Below the pieces are notes generated by a model. That model made no database searches. It worked only from the letters and a program-made list of their open reading frames with translations, and was not told the DNA's origin. This document shows positions 12,167 through 23,605 of a stretch of DNA of 64,000 nucleotides, piece after piece. The translations under genes and the position numbers were made by a program. This DNA comes from Botryllus schlosseri (lineage: Eukaryota), in the NCBI GenBank assembly GCA_051294905.1, contig CM119372.1, positions 21,764,001 to 21,828,000 of the forward strand. Reading direction: 5' to 3'. How positions within the stretch are numbered: the stretch's first letter is position 1; every line of letters starts with the position of its first letter.

Positions 12167-13527
12167 GTATGGATCGATATTTTGGTATGGAATATGGAAC
12201 AATGCAAGTATGGTATGGAATGGAAGATTTTAATCTATGGTACGGAACGACATTTCCATACTTCCATACTTTGGTGTTTTATACATTTTATCGTGATCTG
12301 TGCAAGCTTCATGAAACGTACGTTGTTCGCTGTTCACGGAATACGATCGCTTTTGTAATGTGTGAACGTGAACTATTGAACGCTGTGTAGGATCAAATAC
12401 ACGCTTGTGCAACGGTTTTAGGAGCACTTGGATTGGCATGATTTTGTGATGTAATAATGACAACAGTACTGTTGTTCCGATATTCTATCTAGTCTAGACA
12501 CGACGTCTCCGAGCATAGTCTATCATGTGACGCAATAATTGGTAATGTTGGCTACTCCAACTACCTCATTCCTTGAGTGACGAGAACTTACAAGCAATCA
12601 TGATGCAACGTACTTTATGCGCAATGTGATTGATAATTACATTTCTTCTGAAATATCATCTGCACATTTATACTATTTACATGCCGAGATATCTTATTGG
12701 TCATATTTCAAACGCTCTCGCATTAGGATTATAGATCAGGGAGTGGGGTAGATTTAGTTTGAAATTCTCGCCACTAATCCCAACCAAATACTGTACTAAT
12801 AATCACGCAGATCGCTGCAGTATTGATCGCCTGCAGCTGCGATATTTTATGGGTGCGCCTATATTATAAATTATTTTGCGAGTATTTACTTCAAACTTGC
12901 ATGTGTCTCATGCCAATGTACCGGAAATGCGATGATATTCGGAGCATGGGCGTGCAACTTCTCTAGTAGGTGGGCGGGATATAGGAAAATTAAGTAGGCT
13001 TACTTGGCAGGCCGGATTGCTGAATGGATAAATTATTCGCCCATATATACAAGGAATAAATCGTATTTATTGAATGTATTTTATCGACAGCAATGTCACT
13101 TCAAAGCCATTTCTCGCCGATAATGAAAATACAATGTGGATCTGAGAACAGCATTGTCATACAGGCACCGCCATGTCTGCTTCTCTCCGATCAACTAACT
13201 CACAGTGCAATCCTTAATTAAGATTTCAAAGCGTTTGATAAGCCCCTTCCCCCAAAATGTACCAAGATATCAATTCATTAGGGTTGGGTACATCGTAAAT
13301 GCCGATAATGCAAGTCTTCTCGCTTCGAAGAACTTACCCTTGGGTTCCACTCTCGCACGCGGCGCAGTGCGCAGACCTATATAATAACATGCGGTCACTA
13401 AAATTTGACGTTGAGGCAAGTAGTGGGGAATCTCGGCAGACTGGGCCGCGGGCCACATTATCATGTTAAATGACGGGAAACTGTCCGCTGGCCGGACAAA
13501 ATCTCGTTGCGGGCCGTATGTTGCCAG

Positions 13528-14810
13528 CAGCACCGTAACTGCCGCACCCCAAACCCCCCAATTGGGGGGGGGGGGGGCGAGATCGAAGGAGGCCCAAAAT
13601 TATTTCGTGAATTAGCATAAATCATAGAGTATTTTTTGAAAATTTATGCAATTTTTTCAAAATTTTTTCACGCTGCGCGCGAATTCAAGTTGCCATTTAT
13701 CTGCATTATTGGGTATTAGGCCATTACCGAGCCACGGCTCACCAAGAAACACAATCAAGTTTTAGGCCATATAACTTGCGACTCCAAGAAGTGTGCCAGA
13801 ACTATCGGCAGCGAGAAAACCTTGGCCGAAAAGGTCTATGTCCTTATGCTGACCAAAGACTTCGCTATATATACAAAGTACATATAGGTTTAATTGTCAA
13901 TAGGCGCCTAAATGACTGGCGCCGAATGTTCCTGTCTTTGCAATCTGAACCTCACAAGATAAATACCATCCCGCTTGGAAAAATTTTATGCCAGTGAAGA
14001 AATACCAATTTGAAATCGTGTGCGTCTCTTAGTTTAGAAGCCTACGTTTGGGCGATTCTATATTTTTTGATATAGCAGACTGGAAGTCACGAAATAACAT
14101 CATGTAACGAAGTCATATTTACGGGTCACCCCGGACGTAGATGTTTAATTATTATTTACGGGCCCTCCCGTTTTCAAGACACTTCACTCAGCTCTACCGG
14201 TAAATCTAATTACGTGAGTAGAGAGGACAATAAATTGATAGCATAATATATATGCAATCGCCGATCTGATTTGACCGATTTTATCATAAATTATCGAAAA
14301 TTTTCGCGCCTTTCGCTGGCTCACAATACAGTGCAGATGATTTCGTGACAAACGCGAACAACGTGATGGGGTGGGGGGTCGTTTCATCACCCTATGGTAG
14401 CCCAAGACCCACGTTTGTTGGGGCCTGACGAGGTGCTGTTTCGTTCCTGCCGAGAGGTATACGCCCGAAGATGTTCAATTATTATTAAGTGGTCCTACCT
14501 TTTCAAACACACCTCACTCAGCTCCATACCGGCAAATCTGATTACGTGAGCAGAGCGAGAAGATAAAAATTGATAACAATATATATGCTATTCCCGATCA
14601 TACTGCCCGATTCAGTCATGAATTTTAGAAATTTCCCGCGCTTTGGCGACAAAAGTTGATTCACTAAATAAACTCCCAACGAATATGAAAAATAGCGGTA
14701 AACAGGATATCGCCGGAGGGGGGTCTGAAGTTCGGTCCATAACCCAATGGGGGGCCCAAGAACAAAGTTTTTTTTTTGGGGGGGGCTGATGAAGTGCTGT
14801 TACGGCCCTG
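13528..14810. mobile_element. hAT-type element (CAGGGCCGTAAC-type ends), copy 1
   Basis: Ends CAGCACCGTAAC / GTTACGGCCCTG. TSD GTTGCCAG / GTTTCCAG. Highly similar to 38729-40345. Confidence 0.88.
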
Positions 14811-15909
14811 GTTTCCAGTCCCTTTTATGGACGGTTCTAGATAACAATCTGCTGACTATCTCAATATGCTCGCGGAAGCTGCAGAGTAAAGGTACACGGC
14901 ACCTCATCAATGTGAACTAAACCTCATCAAAACAGACTCTGTGAAACTATTACCAGGACTTAGATTTGCATCATGGCTAGTTTAAGCAATATTGTCATCC
15001 GAAATATCAATAATATAGGTGCTAGAAAAGGTACTATGCTTATGATATTGAAGAATTTGAAAGTATGGAATATGTATCAAGTATGGTATGGAACAATGTT
15101 GGTATGGTATGGTAAATTGCAAGTATGGTATGGAGAGAGTAAGGCAAGTATGGAGTATGGAAAATTCTCGTTCCATACCATACCATACCATGCCCTGATC
15201 ATAACAGTCACAGTTTGACTAATGAACGAGCCTTATTGCCTACAACCAATGATGATCAAAACAAACGTGTTAAAATGACATATCATATGCATAAGTTGAG
15301 TGTGCGTCTTCGCCTCCAGGGATCCTCCGAGACTATGGATCAGGAAAGTCGGGGGGTTCCCGGTAACAAAAGTGTACTTCTAGTCTTAGTTACCGTTGCG
15401 AGTATTACAAAGTGAGTGGTTCTAGTCCTAGTTGCGGATTTCGAGAAGTGAATAGTTCTATACCTATTACTAATTGCGCATTTTGAAAATCCAGAAGTTT
15501 GTACAAGTCTGCGTTAGAGCCATGGTTTGTGCCAATTCCGTTGTTTGCGAATAACGGCGTTACCAGCAAAGTGTCGACATGATGGATGGATCACATAATG
15601 TACAGGACTATTATGTATACTATAGGATGATAAAGCATTTTAGTCAAGAACAAAGATATTATGATATCACATTGAAATCGGAGACGTGTTATCGTGCATG
15701 AATATTGCATAAGCGCATAGCACAGTGCGTGTTACCGCCTTCCAATATAGGTGGTGTTATAATCTTCAGACTTTATGCTTATCTAATGGCGGAAGTTCGA
15801 AATTTCAAAACCAAACTAAACAGACAAAAAGTGAAGAATGAATTTGCAAAAATATAAATATTCTGAGAAAGATATAAAAAATCATAAAATATATATATTA
15901 AAAACAGTT

Positions 15910-16062
15910 TCAGGGAACAACACAGGAACTCTTTCGGTGGTGACTTTGCATATACTGGGCGTACATTGCGAATAATAACGTATCGCGCCTTTCCGCCACT
16001 TCAGCACTATCATGGACGGTGGACGCGTAGATTTCAGTGCTTTTAAGACTTGACATCGGATA
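15910..16062 (-). pseudogene. IL-17-like copy B, 3' part of exon 2 (disrupted)
   Basis: Aligns to D exon 2 (PMSSLKSTEIYAS...VLKWRKGAIR..SQCTPSICKVTTERVPV..VP*). It carries a 7-bp duplication (TGGACGG, ~16013-16026) and a 13-bp deletion between CACA repeats that removes the terminal C-T-C motif. Confidence 0.9.
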
Positions 16063-16943
16063 TAGTCCTGTAGAATTTTCGGTCAACCTAGAAAAAACTC
16101 TTTTAAAGACGTATTATATACCGTTGGAAAGATATTTTTATCAGCTTTTCAATGATGGGTTTTGTCACTTTTTTACTTTGGGGAAAAAAAGTTATGACCA
16201 AAAACGTGCCAGGGGATAAAGCACTATTTTGCCTAACAATAAAATATAATTATAAGCTAAAATACGATACCTTCGTATCAGAATACAACACCATAAATTG
16301 GAATATCACCCCCAGTAAAGCAAACTAACAATCGAACAGCAAAACAATGAAACATAACTTTATGTAAGAGGTATTTATCATACGTCAAGGGGGCAAAAGT
16401 TGACCGAGACGGAGATAACACTGGTTTACAAATTTCGAACAAAAATTAGGGTCAAAAATTTCAATGATTGATTTAGGGTAATTTATGGTTGCTAAATTTG
16501 ATTCTGTCCTAATAATTTCTCCATCACGTCAGATTTTGTCCGTATCAAATTTTCTCATTTTCATAAATTAATCAAATTTCAGCTTTCGTTAGTGACATCA
16601 CGATTAGCATACAGTAGCAAAACTTCAAATATTGTTATTGAAATCATCTATCATGAAACATGGGTTGTTGTAATGCAGAATGAGTGAGTTTTCGGTGAAC
16701 TTGGCTACAGTGATTCTCTATCATCGTTCAATCAGAAGCTCTTTTCGACACATAAAATTACACTGGTAAACAAATTCAACAACGCACACCAAATACCATA
16801 TTGGAACAGAGGCAGAGATGTTTTTAAATGGTATCGAGGCTTTTTGTTTGTGTTTTGCAATATTAAACGCCAATTCTATATACAAAAAGCTTTACTTTTT
16901 TGGCGGTTTCTGATTTGCCGTAATATTTTAATATGAAATTGAG

Positions 16944-17784
16944 CAGTGGTTTTCAACCTTGTTGTATTCGCGGACCCCTTTTGGACCGTCACGGACCCCC
17001 GCGGAGCCCACGAAGTTCAAGTTCCAATTTAGCTCAATTATCGTACAATCGTCATCTGTCATGTGCAAATGATAACTGTAGGCTAGTGATAAACCGCAAC
17101 AAAATTATTTTTCTTGAAAATAACAGCATTCTATGTATGCAGAAATCAGGTTGACTTTTATTATTTCGAAGCTAATTATTCAACTGCTTTTTTTGAAATA
17201 CGTGGTCGTGTCTTTAAAATCTGCGCCTTCGATTTCATATCAACGAGTGCTGAAAATCCATTAAGGCAAAGAAAGGTGGTGGCGAATGTAACAATAGGGC
17301 ATAAAGCTTCCGACGACACATTTGGGTATGATCGCAACAATGATGACACCAAAATTGACAAACGATTTTTTTATTGAACATATAACGTCAAGCCTGTTAA
17401 TTTATATCTAGCAGCTCACCTTGGAGTTATTAGGGGAAATGGTTATGTAGGCCTATATCACAGGCGAAAACGGATTTTGGCGAACATTACGAAGTCTTCG
17501 TGATTGACTGTACTAATCCAACCATTTATTTTTTACACAATGCCCAACAAAACACGTTTATACAGCCAAATATTTGTATCAGTGGGCTATTGGCAATTTA
17601 GCAACTAAAATGAGTCCACACAGCAGGATATTCCATCTCAGACGGCCTTCCTGTTGACCTGAGTTCTACTGCAATGAAGCGAAACTGCAGCCTCGTGATT
17701 TTCCTAATTTTAAAAATATGAATTAGGTTATCAACTATTTTTTTGAATTTAGAGGCTTCGCAGACCCCCGGTTGAGAACCACTG
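16944..17784. mobile_element. hAT MITE nested in the Academ-like element
   Basis: Ends CAGTGGTTTTCAACC / GGTTGAGAACCACTG. Degenerate TSD AAATTGAG / AACTAGAG. Related sequence at ~45440-46170. Confidence 0.75.
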
Positions 17785-19201
17785 AACTAGAGATTGTAAA
17801 AGTGATTGGTGTTGCTAGAGGTAGCACAGGTAACGCCCTATATTTTCTACTCAATTAACATTATAAGTAGTAATTTCTAAGACACGTGAAAACTACTTCA
17901 GGTGGCAGAAATATCTAAGTAGGCTATATTTGGTCGGGGGGAGGGTGGTTACATACTTTCGACAGTTAGTCGGAGGTGGCTACATACGAAATCGCAACAT
18001 GTATCTTCTCGGCTAACGCAAAATGTTTATAATAACACAATACCCATGCATTGGTAGAATATTCGAAAATATATTCAGTTACCGTGCTTTAGGGGCTGTT
18101 AAGGCTACTATATTTAAGAAATCATATGCAGTCAACATCATCGAGGAGCGGAGCTTTGTTTGGAATACATTCGTGTTAAAATGAATAACTGGGTGCAGTA
18201 CCAAATTCAATGTTTGGCAGATATCTCCATGACATTCCCATGTTGATTTACTATAGTCACACAAAGCACTAAAACAATACCCAATACATTAAATTTCCCG
18301 TATTGCCAACCACAGATGGGAATTCGGATTGCGTACATCTGATTCGAAGCACATGGCATGAGCCCGACCGCGATGGCTGTTATAACAACCTTGATTTGAC
18401 CCCGACTATACCACATGCAAATAGTATATATATATATATATGCGATTGAAGCGCAAAATATTTCCAATAGTAAAATCTCAACCAGGAAATAGCGACCGAA
18501 CTTTGATCTCGTACCAGGACCGTAACTGCCGCATCCCAAATCGTCCAATTGAGGGTCCTGAGCTCGAAGGGTGCCCGAAATTATGTCGGTGAATGAACAT
18601 AAATTATTTATACATCTCTTATTGACAATTTATGAAACTCTTTTCAATTTCTTTCGCGCTGGACGGGATTTCATGTTGCCAAATTTTTGATTATTGAGTA
18701 CCCTTCCCCCACGAAAAAAGCATGATTTATAGAAAATAAAAATAGGCATTGCGACTTTGACCATTACCACGCCGCGATGCACAAAAACATACGAAGTATT
18801 TGCCAATATAGTAATCTGAAAAGTGTGCCAATAGATCGCCTGCGAGAAAACCTTTGCCGAAAAGGATTGCCCTTATGTTGACCGTGAACTTCGAAATAAA
18901 TATCAGCCTATCTAATTGTCCATAGCTGCCTAAATGGCTCGTGTCTAATTATTCTATCGTGGCAATCTGAACCCGACAGGTCAAATAACATTTCTCAGAG
19001 AAAAATCATTTGCAAGTGAAGAAATACCAATTTTTCTATAAATCCACCACTAACATTTCTTGGATCTCGCATTGTTTCCCAATAAATTACGGCATGATGT
19101 GTGGATGTACGTAATATGGTCATTTTCTTAATTTTTCTGGAAAGTTGCGATCAGTGTTTCACAATCCAGTATCAATGAATGACCAATTATAGTGTCCAAA
19201 G

Positions 19202-19630
19202 TAGGGTTGCATTTAAAAGAAACACTGTTGTAAAACAATATGTTTAAAAAATATTTTAAACAAAAGCTATATTAAAAAAAACAAAATTGATTTTTTTAAA
19301 TTATAAAATTATGCCATAATTGTGTAAATACTCTCCAAAATCATGTTGTATGAGCACACGGACAATTACCACCCAATTTAGCCGACGTATATCGTTATGG
19401 GATGGATGAAAGTTGGAACCCTCAAAATAGTCGGTTCAACAGTTGTAGTACAGATATTTCTTCAAAGAGGCTATATTTACCCTATATTTTCAATAGTCAA
19501 TTTCAATCCATGACGTCACAATTGAATATTCGTGACGTCATGGTTTAAAAACAAAAAAACATGTTTTGAATTAGGTCCTTCTTTTAAACATGTTTGTTTT
19601 TAATTGATTTTTGTTTTAAATGCAACTCTA
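19202..19630. mobile_element. MITE with an 8-bp TSD, nested in the Academ-like element
   Basis: TIRs TAGGGTTGCATTTAAAA / TTTTAAATGCAACTCTA. Perfect TSD GTCCAAAG. Confidence 0.85.
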
Positions 19631-20169
19631 GTCCAAAGGGTGTGTGGTACTATCACTCTCGCAGAAATAAGCTCCAATGGGACACATTGAATCTCCAGTA
19701 CGAAAGCCTTTTCTACCCTTAACGCAAATTGCTGTTTCTTTTTGACTAAGCACTATCTAAAAAAACAAGCAAGGAAAATGAGACGGACCATAGTAGATAA
19801 ACAATAACATAATGAAGTTATAACGAACAACGACAGCTCTACTTGCGCCCCCCCCCATATCCCCCTGTCCTGCTCACTCTTACTCCCTGAAACAGATATA
19901 TAATTATATTTTTGTTTTCATTTACTCCTTTTGCATCTATATCCTGCTTTTCTGTTGATAATTCATTAGTTTCTAGCCTTTTGTTCATATTTTTATGTTA
20001 ATTTTTCCCGAATTTCAATTTTTACCCCTTGGCACGTTTTTGGTCATAACTTTTTTTCCCCAAGGTAAAAAAAGTGACAAAACCTATCATTGAAAAGCTG
20101 GTATATAGTACGTCTTTATAAGAATTTTTTCTAGGTTGACCCATTTTTAGACCAAATTCTACAGGACTA

Positions 20170-20236
20170 ATACCTCCCAAAGGGATTAAGACAGGTCTTG
20201 CAAAGACATTTGGCAACAGGAAGATGATGAGGATAC
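20170..20236 (-). pseudogene. IL-17-like copy B, 5' part of exon 2
   Basis: Acceptor ...CTTCACAG|G, then YPHHLPVAKCLCKTCLNPFGRY, running directly into an in-frame TAG that forms the transposon end. Confidence 0.9.
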
Positions 20237-20929
20237 CTGTGAAGTTGGCAAAGTTACATCAGGATTAACAATCACAGATGAGATGCAGAAACATCATATC
20301 AATATGTATATAACCCAGAAATAGCTAGAGCAGTTAATTTTGATACTCGAGGGATGTTGAAGTAATGCCAAAATTTTCTACTCATTTACAATTAGTTATT
20401 ATTAGTGATTTCCAAAACATGTAAACCTACTTCGTGAAGAAGTAGAAAACGATCGCGCTGTGTATATTGTGTCAACGTCCTGCAGACTTTATTTTAAGTC
20501 GCCGGTGACGAAATTTCAAGAAGCGCCTTCGAACGCAAAAGGACACAATGTATTCAATTGTAAACTTCTATTCTGGTACCGCGATATATATGGTCAGAAA
20601 ACATAGTCCGGTTGTGATAACATTTTCACTCGCAGTGATGGAAATCTATCCGAACAATACGTTCTGCTTGGCAAAGTACAAGCGTGGCACGGAAGTATTT
20701 TAGCTTCATGAAAGTAGACCGGAATTATTTTAAAAACATGCATGCTTGAGTAAGTATTGGAAATATACACTTAACCTATATTTCAATCACCCGAACATAG
20801 TGGAATTACGTCGTTAGTGAACACCTCTGTGCATTAGTTCATATTTACGATGTCGGTGGTCGATGGAAAGTAGAAAGATAGTGTTTTGTACAGCATTGAC
20901 GATGTAACTAAACAGGTGGGAGATCCTAC

Positions 20930-21280
20930 CTATTTCGACGTTTCTGCACGCAGATCGCCCAGGGAGATATACTCCTTTTGTTTTCGTCAGTAATCGTATC
21001 TTGAATATCTTGGAATTTCGGACATCGAGCAGGAAATGACCGACGCGAGTCAAGACTTCTTCTTTCTCTGTGTCTCCTTACGGACGTCATCAACGGCTGC
21101 TCTGTTATTCTCAAGCAAGATTCCCGGATTGAAGAATCGCTGAGCAGATCGCAGTCTGAAGAATTGAGATTTTCGGCGTAAACGTCCGCGTCGAAATATT
21201 GTGCGTTCGCATATCTTATTGAGGAAGCAACAAAAATCGCCAACATCAAAGCCGACGGAATCGATGAGTATATATTTCAT
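20930..21280 (-). pseudogene. IL-17-like copy B, exon 1
   Basis: The ancestral ATG (21280) is put out of frame by a 4-bp TATA insertion. The downstream frame reads MLAIFVASSIRYANA...RRHRERRS...RSISPWAICVQKRRNR. Donor AG|GTAGGA at 20930/20929, and a 693-bp intron similar to that of D. Confidence 0.9.
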
Positions 21281-21967
21281 TTCGAGAAAATCCATCTAGT
21301 AGATCATTGGAGGAATGATGAATAATTATACCTATACGATAGCCGATATTATATAGATAGTATATTAGGATCAGGAGTGAATGTATATCAGTCCGTGGCC
21401 TGAATTGTCACATATATATAGTGATATCGTTCTGTACGTAATTTTTCTGAGGGTACTTTGCATACGATTACATAGTTACAGTTGCGTTGTACGATCTACT
21501 AGTAACGTTCCGTTCGTTGCAAAATCAATGTATTCTCATTGCAGATATCCAATATTCAAATAGCATTGAAATCAATCTAAAAATACGTCATTGGTTACGC
21601 ATAACGTAGGTGATGATGTATATTTGTATGCTCTCGCAACAAAGCCCTGTGCGTGGAGCAGATAAGGACATTCCTGACGTCTACTCTGCAACTCCACGAG
21701 TATATTTGAAATAAATATACTCCTGTGGCTTAATAGGATTGTACAGTTCATTGTATATCTAATAAAATAATCATATAGTATTCCAAAAATAGTTCTTCAA
21801 TGAATGCTCTTCCAACATTGTTGCACCAAATATAGTTGTTGTCCGGTATATATAGAATTCATTCAAGCAATATCGTTCTTGATACACCAAGCAAATGTTT
21901 AGGCTCTGTTATCAGCTTGGTTATTGGTTATTGATTGAAGGAATTTCGAATACGGGAGCGCGAGAAC

Positions 21968-21977
21968 GGAAATCCCC
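21968..21977 (-). promoter_or_regulatory. NF-kB consensus site GGGGATTTCC upstream of copy B
   Basis: Canonical kB decamer ~690 bp upstream of the ATG, at the position homologous to the sites in A and D. Confidence 0.5.
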
Positions 21978-22342
21978 TAACTTTTATTGTGAGCGTGTCA
22001 TATGAGAGAAAATAATAAACGTGAGAGACTATTTTGTTCATTGTACAGTATGTATATTGTGCAACATACAATACAGTATACGTAAGTACACTGACACAGC
22101 CTGCGACAGTGCTTTGCGACAGATCAGTCCAAAGGAATAATGCCTTGCATGTACTTGGGCCCATGGCTCTGCAACCTGCGGCTCTTTCATGATCCCGGGG
22201 CGGCTCTTTGCATGTTTGAAGCAAAATAATTATTGATTGTATGAATAATTATATTATAAAATAATCTATTTCTCTTTGGATATTTGGTATTTTCTCATGA
22301 AAGTTTCCTTATTTCAAGCTGTTGGGAAGCAGACAAACCAGG

Positions 22343-22518
22343 CAGTAGTGGCTTAAGTAGTCAGCAAGGTTGCTCAAATAGAAGTAGAAGTAGCGACGCA
22401 GAATTCTACTCAAGTACGAGTAGTGATTTCTTAAGCAGCCGAAAATTACTTCAAGTACAAGTAGAATTAGATGTCTTTGTAAACTATACTCAAAGAGTTA
22501 ACTAGTTTTGAAAAGCAG
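22343..22518. mobile_element. terminal fragment of the TACTT-repeat hAT family
   Basis: Its reverse complement aligns with the right end of 54702-55967. Confidence 0.6.
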
Positions 22519-22691
22519 ACATAAAGACTCCTTGGGAAGCGTCAGCACCCGAAAGTTGTCTTTAGACTTCAGCATTGTGGGTCTCCCGTCTTATTTGTAA
22601 TTTATTTTTGACAAACCCGCCAATTTGATAAGAGTGAGGAGGGGAAAGGCTAGCTTATTGTCTCTCAAATTAAATAGCAGTTCCTTATCAT

Positions 22692-23207
22692 TAGGGCTGG
22701 GCACAATGATTCGAGTACTCGAATCTGAATCGAGTATTAATTTTATTGATTCGAGTCGAGTAGTAAAATACGATTTTTTCGAGTACTGAAATTACACGCT
22801 ACTCACCACTGACAGTTAATTTATCAACGTTAATTATAGTTTCGATACGAATTTTCACTGTTGAAGCGTTGAAACCTTGATTGGCGGTATCGTAGCATAC
22901 GAAACATTATTACAAAGCTACGAAGGTTACTGGACGTAGCACATTTCCGAAGTCATGATTATCCCACAATATTGCCACCAAGTGGAATGAAATCGATATG
23001 GTCGAAAAAACAGCAAAGTATTTTTCATGAGATGGATAACGGGTATTATATTCTTTGTTGTAGCATAAACGGTACATATTTGATCTTTGACGTATTACAT
23101 TCTGTTATGACGTCATAATGAGTGATACTCGAATACTCGACTCGACTCGAAGCGTTATACGTGATTCAGAATCGAATCACTCAGGTACTCGATTTTGCCC
23201 AGCCCTA
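22692..23207. mobile_element. hAT MITE with CGAGT/ACTCG repeats
   Basis: TIRs TAGGGCTGGGCA / TGCCCAGCCCTA. Perfect TSD CTTATCAT. Confidence 0.9.
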
Positions 23208-23329
23208 CTTATCATATGCCGGTGTGAAGGAGGCTACATTCGACCCGTGACATATTTCTCTGAGGTCCGGCTAATTGCTAGTTTGCTGTGACGGTAGGAC
23301 GGGAACGCGTGTATAATATCCGATTGGCT

Positions 23330-23605
23330 GGTGGTGAGATAGCGTAGTGGTACAATCCACAGCTGCGACACCAATGGGTTGCGGGTTCGAGTCCGACCGA
23401 GGTCAGAATTCCTACCAGAGTGCTAGGGGTTTATCTAGGCTTCTCCTCGCCATCTCATCCGAGTAGTCGGAGTCTTATAAAAGCCTAGAAGTGGTCCGTG
23501 CTACAAGTCGGCAGCTACGGAATTAGAATGAACAACGTTGGCCTGGTGTAAATGATCATAGTAGTCGACAAACACCATGAATACCACTAACAACAAACAA
23601 CAACA
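23330..23605 (+). mobile_element. tRNA-derived SINE (family 1), near full length
   Basis: A box TAGCGTAGTGG (23340-23350), B box GGTTCGAGTCC (23384-23394), a ~200-bp body and an (AAC)n-like tail. Two homologues elsewhere in the window. Confidence 0.8.

Larger units (their letters stand above)
10096..15197. mobile_element. 5.1-kb composite non-autonomous hAT element with (GGTAT)n subterminal repeats
   Basis: TIRs CAGGGCATGGTATGG / CCATACCATGCCCTG. TSD ATCAAAAC / ATCATAAC. Contains at least three nested insertions. Confidence 0.85.
16063..20169. mobile_element. 4.1-kb non-autonomous DNA transposon with ~150-bp TIRs and a 3-bp TSD, probably Academ superfamily, inserted in IL-17-like exon 2
   Basis: TIRs begin TAGTCCTGTAGAATTT (16063-~16220, mirrored at ~20020-20169). 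TSD ATA (16060-16062, 20170-20172). Removing it restores ...NPFGRYPMSSLKS. 5'-TAG...CTA-3' ends with a 3-bp TSD fit Academ. No transposase ORF seen. Confidence 0.85.

Noticed and set aside
11914..12390. GVGVGV / ESESE low-complexity ORFs (also 10112-10351)
   Set aside because: They are translations of the (GGAGTC)n subterminal arrays of the hAT element 10127-12166.
21050..21295. 81-aa ORF overlapping copy B exon 1
   Set aside because: It is the wrong-frame product of the ancestral ATG after the 4-bp insertion.
23330..23405. Possible tRNA gene (also ~8715-8785)
   Set aside because: A and B boxes are present, but I found no convincing cloverleaf or poly-T terminator. The 23330 copy continues into a body shared with other copies, and the 8715 copy is an insertion within a MITE, as expected for SINEs.
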